Shown here piece after piece: positions 19,738-28,466 of a stretch of DNA of 64,000 nucleotides. Both the position numbers and the translations under genes were made by a program. The stretch spans positions 704,001-768,000 of the forward strand of contig CBDFIQ010000001.1 of NCBI GenBank assembly GCA_965248195.1, in the 5' to 3' direction. Each line of letters opens with the position of its first letter. The first letter of the stretch is position 1. Below the pieces are notes generated by a model. It had not been told where the DNA came from, did not search any database, and saw only the letters and a list, made by a program, of their open reading frames with translations. The DNA is from Longimicrobiales bacterium. Its GTDB lineage: Bacteria; Gemmatimonadota; Gemmatimonadetes; Longimicrobiales; Gaopeijiaceae.

Positions 19738-21266
19738 TGCAGGATTCGACGGTGGGCATACTGGCGTCGTTCGAGTACGTAGACTCGGCCGTGAACGCCA
19801 TCGGTGAGTTACGGGCGGCCGGCCTCAAGAAGATCACCGCTTACATGCCGTATCCCGAGGCTCAAATCGAAGAGGCGCTCGGGTACGATCAGAGTCCCGT
19901 CAGGGTGTGGGCGTTGGCGGGTGGGCTCTGCGGCGCTGCCGGTGGGTTCGCTCTCACGTCCTTTACCTCGATGGATTGGCCGTTGGTCACGGGTGGCAAG
20001 CCGATCCTTTCGATTCCCGCGTACGTGATCATCTCGTTCGAGATGATGGTGTTGTTCGGTGTGTTGTCTACCGTGATTGGGCTCTTCATCAACAGTCGCC
20101 TTCCTTATGTCAAGCCGATGGTCGTCTACGATCCGGAATTCAGCGCGGGCAAGTTCGGGGTCTACGTGACCGTGGCGGCGGATGGCCTCGACCGAGCCAG
20201 GGGCATCCTGAAGGGTCAGGACCCCGCTGAAATCCGGGAAGATCCGGTGGGGGTAGCCCATGCGCCGCCAGGAATCGACTTAGGACCTGAAATTCAGGAA
20301 GAGCCGGTGGGGGTGGCGCCGCCAGGATTCGAATTAGGATCTGCAATTCCGGAAGATCTGGTGGAGGGGGCCCATACGCCGCCAGGATTCGAATTAGGAT
20401 CTGAAATTCGGGAAGATCCGGTGGGGGTGGCCCATGCGTTGTCAGGATCCGACTCAGGATACGAGTCTCGCTCGATGCTGTTGGAAAACCTGAAGATTTT
20501 CGCGGTCGTGATCGGAACGCTTGCCACCTTCACGCTCGTGGCCAATTCCATTCCGCAGGTACAGTCAGAGGTGCCCGTGGACCTCAGCTTCGGCGCCAAC
20601 GTTAGCGCCGATGAGCTGATGTCGTCCGGGGAGACCCTCTTCACCGGGGCCGGCGGCTGTCTAGCCTGTCACGGGTTGGGCACGAGGGCTCCGAACCTTC
20701 TCACCGACCACGCCGGCACGGGCACGATCGGCGTCCGGTGCACGAATCGCGTGCCCGGTGAGGACTGCAAGGCATACCTTTACAGCTCGATGGTGGACCC
20801 GGGCGCCTACCTCGTGGAGGACTTCGAACCGATCATGCCCGACATGCGTCGCTCTCTCTCGAACCAGCAGATCTGGGCGCTCGTGGCCTACTTGCAGTCC
20901 GTGGGGGGCGTGGTGACCGTAACGGGTGCAGACATCGGTGTTGGCGACGATGGCTCGAGCGTGGCAGGAGCCCCGACCGCAGGGGCGCCTGCGACCGCCT
21001 CTGCGGATCCCGTCGAGATCATGCGCGCCAACGCGTGCCTCGGTTGCCACGTCCTCGCCGGAGAGGGAACAGAGATGGGTCCCCCGTTCGACGGGATGGG
21101 CGCGCGCGTGGACGCCGACTATATACGAGAATCGATTCTGGAGCCGGCGGCCGGCGCATCAGAGGGCTTCGAGACATTCTTAGGCGCAATGCCTCCGATT
21201 TTCGGCAGCCAGCTCACTGGGAGTCAGTTGGAAGCCGTCGTGCAGTTCCTGGTAAGCCAACGCTAA
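19737..21266 (+). CDS. DUF3341 (ActD-like) fused to membrane-anchored diheme cytochrome c
   Basis: YMPYP, DWPLVTGGKP, FEMMVLF, FSAGKFG; CLACH and CLGCH with downstream MP ligands. Confidence 0.8.
   Translation: MQDSTVGILASFEYVDSAVNAIGELRAAGLKKITAYMPYPEAQIEEALGYDQSPVRVWALAGGLCGAAGGFALTSFTSMDWPLVTGGKPILSIPAYVIISFEMMVLFGVLSTVIGLFINSRLPYVKPMVVYDPEFSAGKFGVYVTVAADGLDRARGILKGQDPAEIREDPVGVAHAPPGIDLGPEIQEEPVGVAPPGFELGSAIPEDLVEGAHTPPGFELGSEIREDPVGVAHALSGSDSGYESRSMLLENLKIFAVVIGTLATFTLVANSIPQVQSEVPVDLSFGANVSADELMSSGETLFTGAGGCLACHGLGTRAPNLLTDHAGTGTIGVRCTNRVPGEDCKAYLYSSMVDPGAYLVEDFEPIMPDMRRSLSNQQIWALVAYLQSVGGVVTVTGADIGVGDDGSSVAGAPTAGAPATASADPVEIMRANACLGCHVLAGEGTEMGPPFDGMGARVDADYIRESILEPAAGASEGFETFLGAMPPIFGSQLTGSQLEAVVQFLVSQR
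20227..20460. repeat. Four imperfect 54-60 bp tandem repeats in the ActD-cytochrome c linker
   Basis: Unit ~ctgaaat(c/t)cgggaagatccggtgggggt(a/g)gcccatgcgccgccagga(a/t)tcga...; protein EIREDPVGVAHAPPG.DLG. Confidence 0.9.
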
Positions 21267-21285
21267 GGGGAGGCGAGAAACAGTG

Positions 21286-22092
21286 ATGGGCAAGCACTTG
21301 AAGCATCCCTTCGGCCAGGCGGTCCTGGTCCTCGTGGTTTCTTACCTCTTGTTGGATTACGGAATCGCGTACATCTCGCCTTTGATCGGAATCACGAGCG
21401 ATCCGGTCCCGATCCCGAATTCCGTGCTGCTTCAGTATCTCATCACCGTAGGCGTGGGGATCCTCCTCTGGGTCAGCGACAACGATGCCCGCTGGGCTGA
21501 GTTCAAGGCGCCGATGCATCGCGTGATGGTGGACCCGGACCGGAAGACGGCTCGGAATTCGCTCATGGTGCTGGTGCCGATCCTCGTGGCGTTCGCGACC
21601 TTCAATCAGGTGAAACCCTCCGTGGCAGCGCCTGTGACCCTGCGCTCGATTCACCCGTCAGCTCCGGGCCAGTTCGACTTCCAGGGGACGACCGTGGAGC
21701 TCGCCGGCCTGGAGAATCCCTTGCGCTCGCGGGGCTCCCTGGAGGAGCACTACGAAGAAGGGAAGCGCGTCTACTATGAGAACTGTCTGGGCTGTCATGG
21801 TGACGGCCTGAACGGCCAGGGGCATTACGCGCATGGATTCAACCCTGCCCCCTTGAGCTTCCAGGACGTCGGCACCATCGCGCAGCTCGTCGAAAGCTTC
21901 GTTTTCTGGCGGATCGCGAAGGGGGGTCCCGGGCTCCCCACGGAGGGGGCCCCGTGGAACTCGGCCATGCCGGCATGGGAGGACTTCCTCACCGAAGATG
22001 AGATCTGGTCCGTGATCATCTTCTTGTATGACCAGACCGGTCACGAGCCGCGCACGTTTGAAGAGGAAGCCGGGGAAGGGGAGGCGGAATGA
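21286..22092 (+). CDS. Membrane-bound monoheme cytochrome c
   Basis: Three N-terminal TMs, CLGCH, SAMPAW. Confidence 0.85.
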   Translation: MGKHLKHPFGQAVLVLVVSYLLLDYGIAYISPLIGITSDPVPIPNSVLLQYLITVGVGILLWVSDNDARWAEFKAPMHRVMVDPDRKTARNSLMVLVPILVAFATFNQVKPSVAAPVTLRSIHPSAPGQFDFQGTTVELAGLENPLRSRGSLEEHYEEGKRVYYENCLGCHGDGLNGQGHYAHGFNPAPLSFQDVGTIAQLVESFVFWRIAKGGPGLPTEGAPWNSAMPAWEDFLTEDEIWSVIIFLYDQTGHEPRTFEEEAGEGEAE

Positions 22093-23717
22093 GTTTTTCC
22101 GGTGTTCCCAAGTGGGCGCCCCTGGCCGTTTTGTTCGCTGCGGCGTCGGCATTGGCCGTGGGCGGCTGTGGAGATGGAGGAGGAGGAGGAGGCGTGGGCA
22201 ACCTGAGCGCGCAGGACGGCGACGATCTCGGCCAGGTCACCTATGACCGTTGGTGTGCGGGCTGCCACGGTGTGGACGGGACCGGCGACGGCCCCGGAGC
22301 CGGTTACATGCTTCCGCGGCCCCGGGATTTCACCCAGGCGCTGTATCAGATTCGTACGACGGCCAGCGGCGAGCTCCCGACGGATGAGGATATACTCGCC
22401 ATCATAGACCAGGGGATGCCGGGCACGACGATGCCTGGGTGGGAGGATCTTCTTTCGAACGACGAGAGAGACTCGCTGGTCCAGTATCTCAAGACGTTCT
22501 CTCGCTTCTTCTCTCCCGATGAGGTGCCGCAGCCGCTCGAGTTCGGTCGCGCCACCCGGTCGAATGCGGACGTGCTCGCTGAAGGTGAGCGGCTGTTCCG
22601 TGAAGTAGCAGATTGCGCGGCGTGTCACGGGGAAGGGGGCCGAGGCGACGGAGAGTCCTCGCCGACGCTGGCTGATGACGGGGACTTTCCCGTTCGCGCG
22701 GCTGATCTGACTGAAAACTGGCTGTTCAACGGCGGCGGAGACGCCGAGGACATCTACCGTCGACTGTTGACGGGTCTGGACGGCACACCCATGCCGAGCT
22801 TGGCCGACGTCATCACGGCGGGTGTCATCACCAGCGATCAGCTCTGGGCCATCGCGCACTACGTTCGCAGTCTTGCTCCGGAGGACCCGCCGGGAATCAC
22901 CGAGGTGGTCCGGGGCGTCCTCTTCGAGGACGTTCCGCTTCCCTCCTCGGTCGGCGACGAGGCGTGGGATGCCGTCGAGCGCGCGTACCTCCCGCTCGTT
23001 GGACAGATCATTGTGATGCCGCGCTGGTTCGACCCCCGGGTGGACGGCGTTTGGGTGCAGGCCGCGCATGACGGAGAAACGGTGGCCGTGCGCGTTACCT
23101 GGAGCGACCCCAACAACAGCCCCGATCCTCTGTGGGCGGACTGGAAGTCCTTGGTGACCTCGCTCATGCAGCCGAAAGAGGGCGACCCACCGGATGAAGG
23201 GCCGACGCCCGATCAACTCGTTGTCCAGTTCCCGATGCAGATGCCGGAAGGGATGGAGCTGCCTTTTTTCCTGGGCGGAGACAACCGCCGTCCGGTGTAT
23301 CTGTGGCAGTGGCGAAGTGACGGTGATGGCGCACTCGAAGGCGAGGCCCGCGGCATCGGGACCGAGGCCTTCCAATCGGAGGGGCTAGACCTTACCGTAG
23401 ACGCCTCACATGCCGACGGCCAATGGCGGGTCATGTTCACGAGGCCGCTCGTCACGGAGAACGAAGGCGACCTCGATTTCGTGATTGGTGAGGCCATTCC
23501 GATGGCCTTGTTCGCCTGGGATGGAGACAACGGGGAATCAGGCACCAGAGGTGCGGTCAGCTCCTGGTACTTCTTGTTCCTCGAGGACGCCACTCCAGCA
23601 ACTGTATTTGTAGCCCCCGCTTTGGCTATGATGTTGACGGCCGCGTTGGGGTTCTTGGTGGTAGGCCGCGCCCAGAAGAGGGAGAGGGAGGGCGGTGAAG
23701 TAGAAAGAGAGCGGTGA
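22089..23717 (+). CDS. Diheme cytochrome c lipoprotein with EB_dh-like (heme b DOMON) domain and C-terminal TM
   Basis: Lipobox VGGC; CAGCH, CAACH, PRPRDF, GTTMP/GTPMP; WSD, GQWRVMFTRPL, AWDG. Confidence 0.85.
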   Translation: MSFSGVPKWAPLAVLFAAASALAVGGCGDGGGGGGVGNLSAQDGDDLGQVTYDRWCAGCHGVDGTGDGPGAGYMLPRPRDFTQALYQIRTTASGELPTDEDILAIIDQGMPGTTMPGWEDLLSNDERDSLVQYLKTFSRFFSPDEVPQPLEFGRATRSNADVLAEGERLFREVADCAACHGEGGRGDGESSPTLADDGDFPVRAADLTENWLFNGGGDAEDIYRRLLTGLDGTPMPSLADVITAGVITSDQLWAIAHYVRSLAPEDPPGITEVVRGVLFEDVPLPSSVGDEAWDAVERAYLPLVGQIIVMPRWFDPRVDGVWVQAAHDGETVAVRVTWSDPNNSPDPLWADWKSLVTSLMQPKEGDPPDEGPTPDQLVVQFPMQMPEGMELPFFLGGDNRRPVYLWQWRSDGDGALEGEARGIGTEAFQSEGLDLTVDASHADGQWRVMFTRPLVTENEGDLDFVIGEAIPMALFAWDGDNGESGTRGAVSSWYFLFLEDATPATVFVAPALAMMLTAALGFLVVGRAQKREREGGEVERER

Positions 23718-23751
23718 ATTAGAAAGAGAGACGGTGAAGTAGAAAGAGAGA
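23693..23751. repeat. 19-20 bp tandem repeat x3 spanning the stop codon
   Basis: cggtgaa(g/t)tagaaagagag(a) x3. Confidence 0.85.
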
Positions 23752-23804
23752 CACCGAATTCGAGACAGCGAATAGGTGAACCATTTTATCATATTGGAGG
23801 CATA

Positions 23805-24650
23805 ATGTCGGATCGATTTGAATTGCGCGGGGTCGTCGCGCCCACACTCATGCTGCTGGTCATGGCCGGCTGCGGTGGCGGAGACGGAGGTGGCGCCTCC
23901 GGTGGCGCCGGAGGCGGTGCCGCCGTGGAAAACCCGGTGGATGCGGCCACGGCCGGCAACATCGCGGGCTCCATCGTCTTCGAGGGAGACGCGCCCAGCA
24001 TGGACGTCATCAACATGGGCAGCGAGTCCGTGTGTGCGGACAAGCACGCGTCGTCGCCGATGATCGAGGAGGTTGTCGTCAACAGCAACGGTACTCTTGC
24101 CAACGTGTTCGTCTACGTGAGGGAAGGGCTGGAGAGCCTCCAGTTCCCAACGCCCGCAGCGGTACTGCTCGACCAGAATGGATGCGTCTACATTCCGCAC
24201 GTTTTGGGCGTGATGGCGGGCCAAGACATTACGATCAGGAACAGCGACGGGCTCTTGCACAACATCAACGCAACACCCGCCGAACAGCGCGGATTCAACA
24301 CCAGTCAGCCGGTCGCCATGGAGACCACGCGAAGCTTCGGGACGGCCGAGGTCATGGTTCCGCTGCGCTGTGACGTTCATGGTTGGATGAACGCTTATGT
24401 TGGCGTCCTCGATCATCCGTACCACTCCGTCTCGAACGGCAGTGGCGCCTTCGACCTGTCGACGCTGCCTCCGGGCGAGTACGTGATCGAAGCGTGGCAT
24501 GAGCGCTACGGAACTCAGACCCAGAACGTGACGGTGACCACCGGTGAGACCGCCGAGGTCACGTTCACGTTCAGCCCATCTATGGCCCAGAACGCCGTGG
24601 TGCCTCTCGGTACTCCGATCGACTTTCACGCAATCGCGGAAGCATCCTAA
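23805..24650 (+). CDS. Lipoprotein with cupredoxin-like and carboxypeptidase-regulatory-like domains
   Basis: Lipobox MAGC; LDQNGC, LHNIN, CDVHGWM type-1-Cu-like motif, AWHE. Confidence 0.75.
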   Translation: MSDRFELRGVVAPTLMLLVMAGCGGGDGGGASGGAGGGAAVENPVDAATAGNIAGSIVFEGDAPSMDVINMGSESVCADKHASSPMIEEVVVNSNGTLANVFVYVREGLESLQFPTPAAVLLDQNGCVYIPHVLGVMAGQDITIRNSDGLLHNINATPAEQRGFNTSQPVAMETTRSFGTAEVMVPLRCDVHGWMNAYVGVLDHPYHSVSNGSGAFDLSTLPPGEYVIEAWHERYGTQTQNVTVTTGETAEVTFTFSPSMAQNAVVPLGTPIDFHAIAEAS

Positions 24651-24748
24651 GTGGCTACGGCGTCTGCCGGTCCACTCCCTGAACGGACCGGCAGGGGCCT
24701 CTCCACTACAACTGCTAGACTCACACTCCAGCTCGGGAGACGAGTGGG

Positions 24749-25435
24749 ATGAGGTATTTTTCCTGGGTGATGCCGGACAACGTCGTGTCGACGTTCGGGC
24801 CAGCTCTAGACAACCTGTGGCTCGTGATCCTTTGGATCACGGGTATCATCTTCTTCGCCACGGAGATCGTCTTGTTGGTCTTCATGGTGAAGTACCGCCA
24901 CAAGGAGGGACGTAAGGCGGAGTACATCCACGGCAGCAATAAGGCCGAGATTATCTGGACGACGATCCCCTTCGTCATCGTCATGGGTTTGGCCTTCTAC
25001 TCGAAGGGCATCTGGGACGAGATCCGCGATCAAAGCCGCATCCCGGCCGACGCATATGAGATCAACATGATAGCCAGTCAGTTCGAGTGGAACGCCACCT
25101 ATGCGGGGGCCGACGGAGAGTTCGACACGTCGGACGATTTCGTTTCCCTAAACGCACTGCACATTCCGGTCGCTCAACCCGTTGTAGTCCAGTTGATGGC
25201 CCAAGACGTGATCCACTCGTTCTTTCTACCCGAGTTCCGGGTCAAGCAGGATGCGGTGCCCGGCCACGTCACCCCGGTCTGGTTCGAGGCGACACGGACC
25301 GGTGAGTTTACCCTGGCCTGCGCGGAGCTCTGCGGGCTCGGGCACTATAGGATGGGGGGGACGGTCATCGTCCATTCACAGGCTGATTTCCAAGATTGGC
25401 TCGCGGAGCAGCAAGCCGAAGCGGAGGATGACTGA
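24749..25435 (+). CDS. coxB: Cytochrome c oxidase subunit II (no fused cytochrome c)
   Basis: DVIHSF, KQDAVPG, CAELCGLGHYRM CuA motif. Confidence 0.95.
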   Translation: MRYFSWVMPDNVVSTFGPALDNLWLVILWITGIIFFATEIVLLVFMVKYRHKEGRKAEYIHGSNKAEIIWTTIPFVIVMGLAFYSKGIWDEIRDQSRIPADAYEINMIASQFEWNATYAGADGEFDTSDDFVSLNALHIPVAQPVVVQLMAQDVIHSFFLPEFRVKQDAVPGHVTPVWFEATRTGEFTLACAELCGLGHYRMGGTVIVHSQADFQDWLAEQQAEAEDD

Positions 25436-27231
25436 TGAGCACGACCACTGCGACGGAAACGCACGCCGGACCCGCTGAGCACCACGAGCTCGGCTTCATC
25501 CGGACGTACATTTTCTCTACCGATCACAAGATGATCGCGAGACAGTTCCTGTTCAGCGCGCTGCTGTTCCTGCTGCTGGGAGGATTGCTCGCGGTCATGG
25601 TTCGCTGGCAGCTCGGTTTCCCGGGACGACCCCTGCCCTCTTTCATAAGGGGTATCTTTCCGGACACCATGGCACCGGGCGGCATCATCCTACCGGAGTT
25701 CTACAATTCCCTGGTCACGATGCACGCCACTTTCATGGTGTTCTTCGCGCTCATGCCGCTCATGGCGGGGGTCTTCGGCAATCTCCTGATCCCGCTCCAG
25801 ATCGGTGCGGAGGACATGGCGTTCCCCCGGATCAACATGGCGTCCTTCTGGATCATGCCTGTCGCGGGATTCATCATGCTGGCGAGCTTCTTCGTCGAGG
25901 GAGGCGCCGCTGGAGCCGGTTGGACCTCCTATGCGCCGCTCAGCAGCTCGGGCGAGTGGACGGGCGTCTACATGGGCCAGATCCTCTGGCTGGTCTCTCT
26001 GATCGTGCTGGGCTTCTCCTCGATCCTGGGCGCTTTGAACTACGTCTCGACCGTGATCAACATGCGGGCGCCGGGGATGACGTGGTTCCGGATCCCGCTG
26101 GGCACGTGGTCGCTGTTCATCACCGCGTGGCTGCTTCTGTTGGCGATCCCGATTCTCACGGGCGGCCTGATTCTGCTCCTCTTCGATCAGACGCTCGGAA
26201 CGGCCTTCTTCCGCCCCGAGGGCAGCGGCGAGCCTCTCCTCTGGCAACACATTTTCTGGTTCTTCGGCCACCCCGAAGTGTACATCCTGATCCTTCCCGC
26301 GATGGGCTTCGTCTCCGAAGTGATCGCATGCCGGTCCCGGAAGCCGATCTTCGGCTACCACTCCATGGTGATCGCCTTGGTGTCCATCGCGTTCTTGTCA
26401 TGGGTCGTCTGGGGTCACCACATGTTCCAGAGCGGCATGAACCCGCTCCTCGGCATGACCTTCGTGGTGACGACGGTAGTGATCGCGGTCCCCTCGGCAA
26501 TCAAGGTATTCAACTGGTTGGGAACACTCTGGCGTGGGGACATCCACTTCGACGCGCCGCTCCTGCACGCGGTCGCGTTCGTGTCGCTCTTCATCATCGG
26601 AGGGCTGTCGGGGATGTTCATGGCCGCGGCTCCCGTCGACATCTACATCCACGACACGTACTTCATCGTGGCGCACCTCCACTACGTTCTGGTGGGTGGG
26701 AGCCTCTTCGGAATTTTCGCCGGGATTATCTTCTGGTATCCGAAGATGTTCGGCCGGATGATGCACGAGGGATGGGGCAAGGTGCACTTCGGGCTCTCGT
26801 TCCTCTTCTACAACCTGGCGTTCTTCCCGATGCACAATCTGGGTATACAGGGGATGATGCGCCGGATCTACGATCCCAACCAGTACGAGTTCCTACAGGG
26901 GCTACAGCCTCTGAATACCTTCATCTCGATCAGCATATTCCTCTTCGCGGCCACGCAGGTCATCTTCGCGTTCAACTTCCTGTGGAGCCTGCGCTACGGT
27001 AAGGTAGCCGGCAACAACCCCTGGAGGTCCAGCACGCTCTTGTGGACCACTCCATCTCCCCCGCCCCACGGCAACTTCCCGGAGATGCCCATCGTGTACC
27101 GCGGCCCATACGAGTACAGCCATCCTGACCGAGAGGAGGACTTCTGGCCTCAGGACGAGCCGCCCGAGATGAGCGAAGCGGGCGGACAGACGGTCGCATC
27201 CCCGACCCCCGAACCCGTTCCTGGAGACTGA
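25435..27231 (+). CDS. ctaD: Cytochrome c oxidase subunit I, A1 type
   Basis: TDHK, WFFGHPEVY, WGHH, VAHLHYV. Confidence 0.97.
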   Translation: MSTTTATETHAGPAEHHELGFIRTYIFSTDHKMIARQFLFSALLFLLLGGLLAVMVRWQLGFPGRPLPSFIRGIFPDTMAPGGIILPEFYNSLVTMHATFMVFFALMPLMAGVFGNLLIPLQIGAEDMAFPRINMASFWIMPVAGFIMLASFFVEGGAAGAGWTSYAPLSSSGEWTGVYMGQILWLVSLIVLGFSSILGALNYVSTVINMRAPGMTWFRIPLGTWSLFITAWLLLLAIPILTGGLILLLFDQTLGTAFFRPEGSGEPLLWQHIFWFFGHPEVYILILPAMGFVSEVIACRSRKPIFGYHSMVIALVSIAFLSWVVWGHHMFQSGMNPLLGMTFVVTTVVIAVPSAIKVFNWLGTLWRGDIHFDAPLLHAVAFVSLFIIGGLSGMFMAAAPVDIYIHDTYFIVAHLHYVLVGGSLFGIFAGIIFWYPKMFGRMMHEGWGKVHFGLSFLFYNLAFFPMHNLGIQGMMRRIYDPNQYEFLQGLQPLNTFISISIFLFAATQVIFAFNFLWSLRYGKVAGNNPWRSSTLLWTTPSPPPHGNFPEMPIVYRGPYEYSHPDREEDFWPQDEPPEMSEAGGQTVASPTPEPVPGD

Positions 27232-27234
27232 GGC

Positions 27235-27891
27235 ATGAGTCACGGAGCAGTCGCGACCATGGACCGCAAGCCCATGCCCGGGATGATGGTCTACAACAAG
27301 AAACTGGGCATGTGGGTGTTCCTGCTCAGCGAGGTCATGTTCTTTACGTCGTTGATCGGCACCTACGTTATCCTGCGCTTCGCCCATCCGGACCATTGGA
27401 CCGACGTGGGCGTCGTTCTCAACGTTCAGTTGACCGCATTGAATACATTTTTCCTGATCTGTTCCTCAGTGACGATGGTCAAAGCGTTCGCGGCCATACA
27501 GGAAGGGGATCAAAAGGGCCTCCAGAGGTGGTTGCTCGCCACGATCTTGATCGGAGCGTCCTTCGTAGGCATCCAACTTGTCGAGTACACCGCACTGGCG
27601 GGTGAGGGCTTTGTTCCGATGCTCGACTCCTACCATGCCGTGGGGCGCGGCAATCCGCACGAGGGTCCTTCCCTAGGCGGCCCGCTCTACGGAGCCACCT
27701 TCTATGCTATGACCGGGTTTCACGGGGCCCACGTTACGATCGGGGTTCTATGCTTGATTTTCGTTTACATCAGGTCGCTCCAGGGCGCTTACACGGCACA
27801 AAGCCTTGAGGGCGTGGAGGTGATCGGCCTCTACTGGCACTTCGTCGATCTCGTTTGGATTCTCCTGTTTACTATCGTCTACCTAATCTGA
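27235..27891 (+). CDS. ctaE: Cytochrome c oxidase subunit III
   Basis: WVFLLSE, TGFHGAHV, YWHFVDLVW. Confidence 0.95.
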   Translation: MSHGAVATMDRKPMPGMMVYNKKLGMWVFLLSEVMFFTSLIGTYVILRFAHPDHWTDVGVVLNVQLTALNTFFLICSSVTMVKAFAAIQEGDQKGLQRWLLATILIGASFVGIQLVEYTALAGEGFVPMLDSYHAVGRGNPHEGPSLGGPLYGATFYAMTGFHGAHVTIGVLCLIFVYIRSLQGAYTAQSLEGVEVIGLYWHFVDLVWILLFTIVYLI

Positions 27892-27904
27892 AGGCGGGAG
27901 CAAC

Positions 27905-28174
27905 ATGGAAGAGCAAGAACACGCGCACCCGCGCTATATCCTGATTTGGGTCATACTTCTCGTGCTCACGCTGGGCGAGTTAGGATACGCCTTCCTGGAT
28001 CTACCGAAGGTCGTATTGGCGGTGGGACTGATCCTCATGGCGATTTGGAAGGCGCTCTTGGTGGCGATGTATTACATGCATCTTCGGTATGAGCCGGCCC
28101 GACTGTGGATTCTGGCGATCTCTCCGCTTCCGTTGGCGGTCATCCTCGTTTTGGCGGTCATCACCGAGTTCTAG
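27905..28174 (+). CDS. Cytochrome c oxidase subunit IV family
   Basis: KALLVAMYYMHLRYE; three TMs. Confidence 0.9.
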   Translation: MEEQEHAHPRYILIWVILLVLTLGELGYAFLDLPKVVLAVGLILMAIWKALLVAMYYMHLRYEPARLWILAISPLPLAVILVLAVITEF

Positions 28175-28196
28175 TCCCCACTAAAGGGTCGCGGAG

Positions 28197-28240
28197 GCCC
28201 GGACGGGAACCCATGGTTTCGGTCCGGGCTTCTGCTTGTT
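28197..28240 (+). terminator. Putative intrinsic terminator after the cox operon
   Basis: gcccggac...gtccgggc stem followed by ttctgcttgtt. Confidence 0.55.
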
Positions 28241-28308
28241 ACCGTAGCTAGTGCAGTCGAGGCGGCCGAGCGCCGCCATCCCGTCGATTTTCGTCTGAGA
28301 TCACAGCC

Positions 28309-28431
28309 GTGGATAATGAAGGTCTGAGGCTCGGAATGCTCCTTGGCGGCCTCGTCATGGCCGGCGTGCCCGTGATCGTGGGCATCGCGGGAATAATCTT
28401 CCTCTTCAAGAAGTATCGCGAGGAGCGCTAG
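28309..28431 (+). CDS. 40-aa single-pass membrane protein (not in ORF track)
   Basis: MDNEGLRLGMLLGGLVMAGVPVIVGIAGIIFLFKKYREER*; hydrophobic core and basic tail. Confidence 0.6.
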   Translation: MDNEGLRLGMLLGGLVMAGVPVIVGIAGIIFLFKKYREER

Positions 28432-28466
28432 CTAGCCGACCAGACGACCGAGCAAGGGGGTGCACC

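Noticed and set aside
20227..20460. Possible CRISPR array
   Set aside because: Contiguous degenerate in-frame coding repeats, no unique spacers, no cas genes
22175..22195. GGA trinucleotide run
   Set aside because: Encodes an ordinary poly-Gly lipoprotein linker and stays in frame
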